A stretch of 64,000 bases of DNA from Dudresnaya verticillata (Eukaryota), in assembly GCA_977862235.1 (NCBI GenBank), contig OZ374560.1, forward strand, positions 1,054,001 to 1,118,000, written 5' to 3'. The translations under genes and the position numbers were made by a program. Of the stretch, positions 58,917-64,000 are shown in pieces. Under the pieces are notes generated by a model. The model was given only the letters and a program-made list of their open reading frames with translations. It ran no database searches and was not told the origin of the DNA. The first letter of the stretch is position 1; every line of letters begins with the position of its first letter.

Positions 58917-61900
58917 CCCTAATGCCGTTATCGATCGGTATAGTGATCGAAGCCTATTTCTGGATTTTGGCCGTTACACGCAGAACATGCCGGTACTTTG
59001 AGGCGCATTTTCGATTGTAAAAATTACTTAAATTCCATTGGTGCGATCTCCAGAAGTATCTCCTGCCTCTCGCGAGCCGATCAAGCCTTCAACACCCAAA
59101 ATGCCATAGGTACTCTCGGAGCTGCGCCCCCGCGTGTGCGACACCCCCTCCTTCCCTTTTGCGTCCCTTTTGCTGCTCACACCGCCGTTTCGTCGCTACG
59201 TGACCCACCGCGGAGGCCTCCTGTCGTACCTGGAGGACGTTCCCAGGTGCGGAGCTACCGCGAATGGCAACTGTCGAAGCACAGGAGGCTCCGCCGGTTA
59301 ATGGCAGCACCCGCAATCTGGGAGGGAATGTCGGGCCTTCATCAACCGATCCGCCCAGGTGGCGGCTTCGACGAGTGGGATGGGAACAAGGGGTCTCGGG
59401 AGAGGGCGACGAGCATCATTAAGGGGAAGACCGCGAGGTCGAGGACGTCGGAGAGGACGGGGTGGCGGGCCAGGGCGGGGTAGTCGCGAAGACCCCACTC
59501 ATGGATGGAATTTGAGCACTACGCAAGCTGTTTCTCTGCGTTTGGAGCAATCGTTTGCAGACGATGTCCTTCACAAACGAGCAAGGCTTCTATGTAGAAC
59601 TGCAGTTGACAAAATGAAGCTTGAATGCTCTGTGCGAGACATTGCACCTACTCGAAGCGGTTTCGTTGTTTTATTCATGAACCGCATTCTACAGCAGTTG
59701 ACAGAGTGGATTAATGAGCTCATCCGGCTTCGTGAGCTCGAGGCGGATGTGGTAAAGCTTTCAGACATGTACCGCTATGTTGCTGTGTTGTTGCTCTCGC
59801 ACAGTACTGGGTTTACCTTTGCAAAGATTATAGCTGTTCTGCGACAGTCGGGAAGCTCAACACCTTCGCTGGAAAGGATCCGTTTCCTCGCAGACAACAT
59901 TGTGGCATTTTCGGCAACGGGGCGTGGTCGTGAAGGTCAAATGGAGTGGAATTCCCAACGCGATTTGACATGTCAACTGGGTGAGTTTGAACAACTCTCA
60001 TTTCGCGATACTAAGAAGGTGTTCTTCGTTCCACTTTATCTTTTGGCTACTTTGGATGATGACCTCTACGGGACAAGGACGTCGGACAATCAGGTCAAGA
60101 TGCTGAGTGCGCGAAAAGCAGACAAGGAGGGTCATTCTGCGGATGCCATTGCCGATGCTCTATTCAGGGTTGTGCTTGCGCTTCGCTTCAGGAGGCGCGG
60201 GGAATCGCAAGTCGAATCGGTGAGGAAACGTTTGGAAGTGCTGACGGATGGAAGGGGTGCGGAGGCGACGAGCACATGCATTATCACAGCGGACAGAGGG
60301 TATGGAAAGCGGCAGTTCATGGATCTGATTACCGAGTTTGGTTTCAGTTCCGTATTCGTAATGCCTGACCATCTTCTGCGTGTCCATCCCTTTGTGGCCT
60401 CTTCATACCTGCGTCCTGGGAGAGGTGATTTGGAGGAAGAAGCTTGCGTGCAGGAGGGTAGCGGTCAGAATGAGACAGAGCAAGCGAGTGCTTCCCGTGA
60501 CAATGCACAGGACGGTGACAGCAATGACTCCCTTGATGCTAATGACAGCATTTCAAACTTGCAGCTGGACCGTCGACGCGCTTTTTTTATCGACGACAAC
60601 CCTCAACTTGGACCCGATGTTTTTTTGCAACGAAGAACGTCGTTGCGCCGTCAGCGTCATTGGTAGGTCAGAAGAAGACTACTGCCGTCGCTGTTCGTGA
60701 ACATGGGACTGAGAAGTTCGCGAAACTGCTTCGGTTCATGTTTACCGTACCTGCGCCTATGCAGGCAAGCTTGAATACTTGGATAGCTGTCCCGAAACCT
60801 AACTACCGATTTAATAAGGTTCTCTACATGAGGCGTAGCATTGAGGGTGAGAAGGTCGCTGCAATAAAGGACACTGTGGAGTGCATAATCAGCAGAAATT
60901 GTCTTCCGCTAACTGTCGGACAACGATGCGCGGACTGGTTCGTGCTCCGCCAGTTCAGAATTACCGGCACAAACGCCGGATTGCTAATGCTTCGCAGTGG
61001 ATCTTTACGGTCTTCGTTAGGGCTCTCGGGGGAGCCACAAGAGAAGACATTAGAAGAATGGTTCAAAATTCTATACAGCGGATGGTTCTCGAATACGGAA
61101 GCCATGATGCGTGGAACTGCGAACGAAGACGCAGTCCTGGTCGCTTTGCGTGCACTACCGTTCATAGAAGAGGTCTTTGAGGCAGGGCTCTTATGCAACC
61201 GAAATGCCCAGTATCTCGCTTATTCGCCAGATGGCATCGCGATGCTCAAGAAGGCTTCTTTGCCTATTCTGACGTCCTCCACTGCTGAGGAGCCTAATTC
61301 CCAACACAAAGAAGACGTTTTAGTGCTCGCACCTGTCTAAATCAAGACAAGAGTAGCGGCCTCAACGCTTGGTGAAAGCATCCAATTGTCTACTTCAGAA
61401 CCAGTGTTATGTGAAGTTGGAGACGAAACATTTAAGAGGTACATACCCAGCTCGCATGCGGCACAGATTATGCATCAGGTCCTGGTACTGCGACTGGGCT
61501 ATGCGGTTTACGTTGCCGCGGCTGAGACGGGTATTCTATACACAGTTGTGGTGAGCTTTCCTTATTCCGTTGTGCAAAACTGTTTTGACACGATGAACAT
61601 ACTTTCCATACCCCTTGTGAAATGGGCACACGAAAACGCTTCAGAGATTCCTGCATTCGTCCCCAGGACGTATCATCAGTCTATCAGAACTCATCTTAAG
61701 TTTTGGAAGCTGGTTTGTTCTCATGTGCTAGAGGAGGGCACGTTACTCCCTCTCAAACTTTTTAAGCACGCAGCACAGTCGTTCTACTCGAAGACAAAAG
61801 CGGGAGTGGATGGAGCAACACAGCAAAGTGCCATTTTGCGAAGCGCAACTTCCCACTTCAAGTGGGAACAGAAAATAGTGTCTCAGACACTAAAAACAGT

Positions 61901-62958
61901 AGCCATCAATGCATTCTTTGCATGGCGCATGTTTGAGAGGCAAGATTTGCTCGAGTCTGCTGACACATTCAAGACTCTCGACAACTATCGAAACATGCTA
62001 AACAAAGTGCAAGCGACGGCCGATTTTATGTACGATGTCTCAAAGGAATTATTGTCGCATGCTGCGACGCTTGCGATAAGAGATGGTCGACAAGAAGCTG
62101 CGGAGAGGGAGCCATTGCCGCTTCGCGAGGCAGAGAGGCTGAAAGAGATGGCAAAGGCACGGAAACGAAGGCGCTTGCATTTTTCAATAGCGCAGATGGC
62201 GTAAAGCTCCGTCAAGTGGTTTCGGGACATACGCCAAAGCAAGGACAGGTTTTGTACTGTGTGATGTGTGGGCAGAATGAGGGTCCCTGGAGGGGACATC
62301 GTTCCTCCTACGGATGCCCGGTTTGCAGCGTGCAGCTCTGTATTCGGACGTATCCCGGCTTGCGCAAGAGCTGTTGGAGTCTTTGGCACAGTAACACGGT
62401 TTTAAAGCACAGACAAACGCCACGAATCACGGGAAATTCTCCAGTTGCTGACGATAATGAAGACGGGAGAATTGCGGGGGCTGGCGACAAGGTGGTGACC
62501 ACAGTGAGCACTCCCGCAAGTACACCAGCGCGAAGTCCGGAAACCCCACGAAGAGCCTCTAAGCGGCTTTTATCGAGAAGCACTCCAGCGACACCGCAGG
62601 ATCGAGTAGGCCCTACCCAGCAACCTCAACGAAAGCAGAGTAGAAGGTAAAGGCGTGTCTATCGTGAAGTTGCGTTGCACTTTTCATGTTTGGCGTCCCC
62701 GGTTTAGTCACTGTATCGATCCCTATACTGATCAAAAGCCCTTTTTTACACATTCCAAAACGTGCCCAGTGACCCAAGTTCCTGGGCTTGTTGTGCGACT
62801 CCTATTGCATCTCTGCTGGTGAAATTCTGTAATGAGGACGGGACAAACATGGTCTGTGCCAATGTGTGATCAGAATTGGCAAGTCTCCTGATGCGCCGAA
62901 CTAGGGCGTTCTCCAGTAAACGGATCACTATACCGATCGATAAATAATGGCATTAGGG
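58917..62958 (+). mobile_element. piggyBac-like DNA transposon with TSD ATAT
   Basis: ATAT|CCCTAATGCCGTTATCGATCGGTATAGTGATC ... GATCACTATACCGATCGATAAATAATGGCATTAGGG|ATAT. Confidence 0.88.
59359..62650 (+). pseudogene. piggyBac-like DDD transposase with an internal YqaJ/lambda-exonuclease domain and C-terminal Cys-rich domain (~1090 aa reconstructed)
   Basis: TLDDD, TADRGY and YSKTKAGVD as DDD candidates. YqaJ motifs QRCADWFVLRQFRITGT, RGTANE, SPDG, (*)IK and QIMHQ. CVMC..CPVC..LC..CW..WH at the end. Two frameshifts and one stop; start uncertain. Confidence 0.82.
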
Positions 62959-64000
62959 ATATCTCTAATGTCGCAAGAGAGTTTTGTAAGTACACTGGCA
63001 TCGGCAACATAGGCAACACAGGAAGCCAGCTAGATTTGGTGTAGGAATATTAGTCCTTCCCAGGGATGCATTCTGAGTACCTGAGATGAAACATCATAGA
63101 AGCATCTGATTGAAGAATCAAGGCTCGAGCTTGAGTACAACTCGAAAGGAGAGAGCGAGTGGTAATAGTCGAGAAGTGAAAAAGTCAAATGGTTTAGCCC
63201 CACGCGTTCTCTAAAGCGAAAACGCCTCCCTAAGCTTGTGCTTAATAGGGGCAGGCGGAAGCAACATGTTGAGCCACTGAGGAATACATGTGTGACGCCC
63301 AGCACCTCATCTCTTCGTCAACAGTGTGCACGAATACTGTAAGCCGTTGCTCAGCTCTGAAAAGTGAAAGGTACACCCTGTCCCATGCGCCACAAGCGTG
63401 GAAGGCGATGCAACGGGCTCTTGATCAAGGGGGAGACCCCGGAACCGTCAGCCAGAAGAGGAGGACTGGAAGGGGAAAAGACGAAGACTGTTCACAAGAC
63501 CAACTACGTTCTGTGGTGATTTCTCGAGGTCTGTGAATCCGTGGAGCTAGCGACGCGGTGGGCAACGCGAATTTCTTGACTGTTGTGGTGCAAGACCCCG
63601 GGGAGAAGCCCCGTTTTTATATCGCTACACCCGCTTGCGCGGTGAGCGGACGACGGCATAAAGGGGGTGCCCAAAATCGAAACGCTGCGGTAACTCTGAA
63701 AACATAAAGTCTCGATATTTGTTAAGGGATTTTTGCGTCTCACAACGAAACAGTTGCCTTTCAACCAATAATCCGGCCGAACGCGTGGATGAAAGTGGAA
63801 ACTGACTTTGTGGCCACAGTTTGACTGCGCGCCTTTTCTTTTGGCGGGGGCGGGCTTTTCAAGTTCGAAGACCCATTTGGCATGTCACCGCGATGCAAAT
63901 ACCGCGCCGATAGGGGCATCACCGATGCAAGCTCAGCTCTCCCAAACAGCAGATGAAAACCTTCGTTCATCTCTAAGCCATGGTAGCTACGCGAAACGCC

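Larger units (their letters stand above)
56129..62966 (+). mobile_element. PIF/Harbinger-superfamily element with TSD AAT; right TIR interrupted by a piggyBac-like element
   Basis: Left AAT|AGAGAAATTACGCAACAACGAAACTCG. Right CGAGTTTCGTTATTGCGTAATAT[insert]CTCT|AAT. Contains convergent transposase and Myb-like ORFs. Confidence 0.85.

Noticed and set aside
58917..58923. Harbinger right end at 58920 with AAT TSD
   Set aside because: CCCTAAT belongs to the piggyBac TIR (mirrored at 62952-62958 with the ATAT duplication); the true end is 62966.
63000..64000. Short ORFs at the window end (also 1-900)
   Set aside because: No recognisable motifs; cannot be supported.

Overview
Eukaryotic, transposon-dense 64 kb window. 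It is probably from a florideophyte red seaweed; this is an inference from the intronless GC-rich host genes and the TE repertoire. Most of the window is nested mobile DNA: three related chromodomain-type Ty3/Gypsy elements, a Ty1/Copia pol split by a solo LTR and by a DIRS-type tyrosine-recombinase retroelement, two Mutator (MULE) elements, a pogo-like transposase, and a PIF/Harbinger-like element. One Gypsy copy (36301-49038) is near-intact, with 838-bp LTRs and an extra ~740-aa antisense ORF. The right TIR of the Harbinger-like element is interrupted by a piggyBac-like element (ATAT TSD) whose transposase carries an embedded YqaJ/lambda-exonuclease domain. A small host-gene island (49.7-55.8 kb) encodes a Golgi-type sulfotransferase, an acyltransferase-3 protein and an unknown type II membrane protein. 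Most notable: (i) the Gypsy antisense ORF paired with family-specific palindromic motif arrays downstream of pol; (ii) the piggyBac-YqaJ fusion; (iii) a J-domain apparently fused to a MULE transposase. Many frameshifts are single-base losses in homopolymers and may be sequencing errors. All domain calls are by-eye motif recognition; no searches were run.
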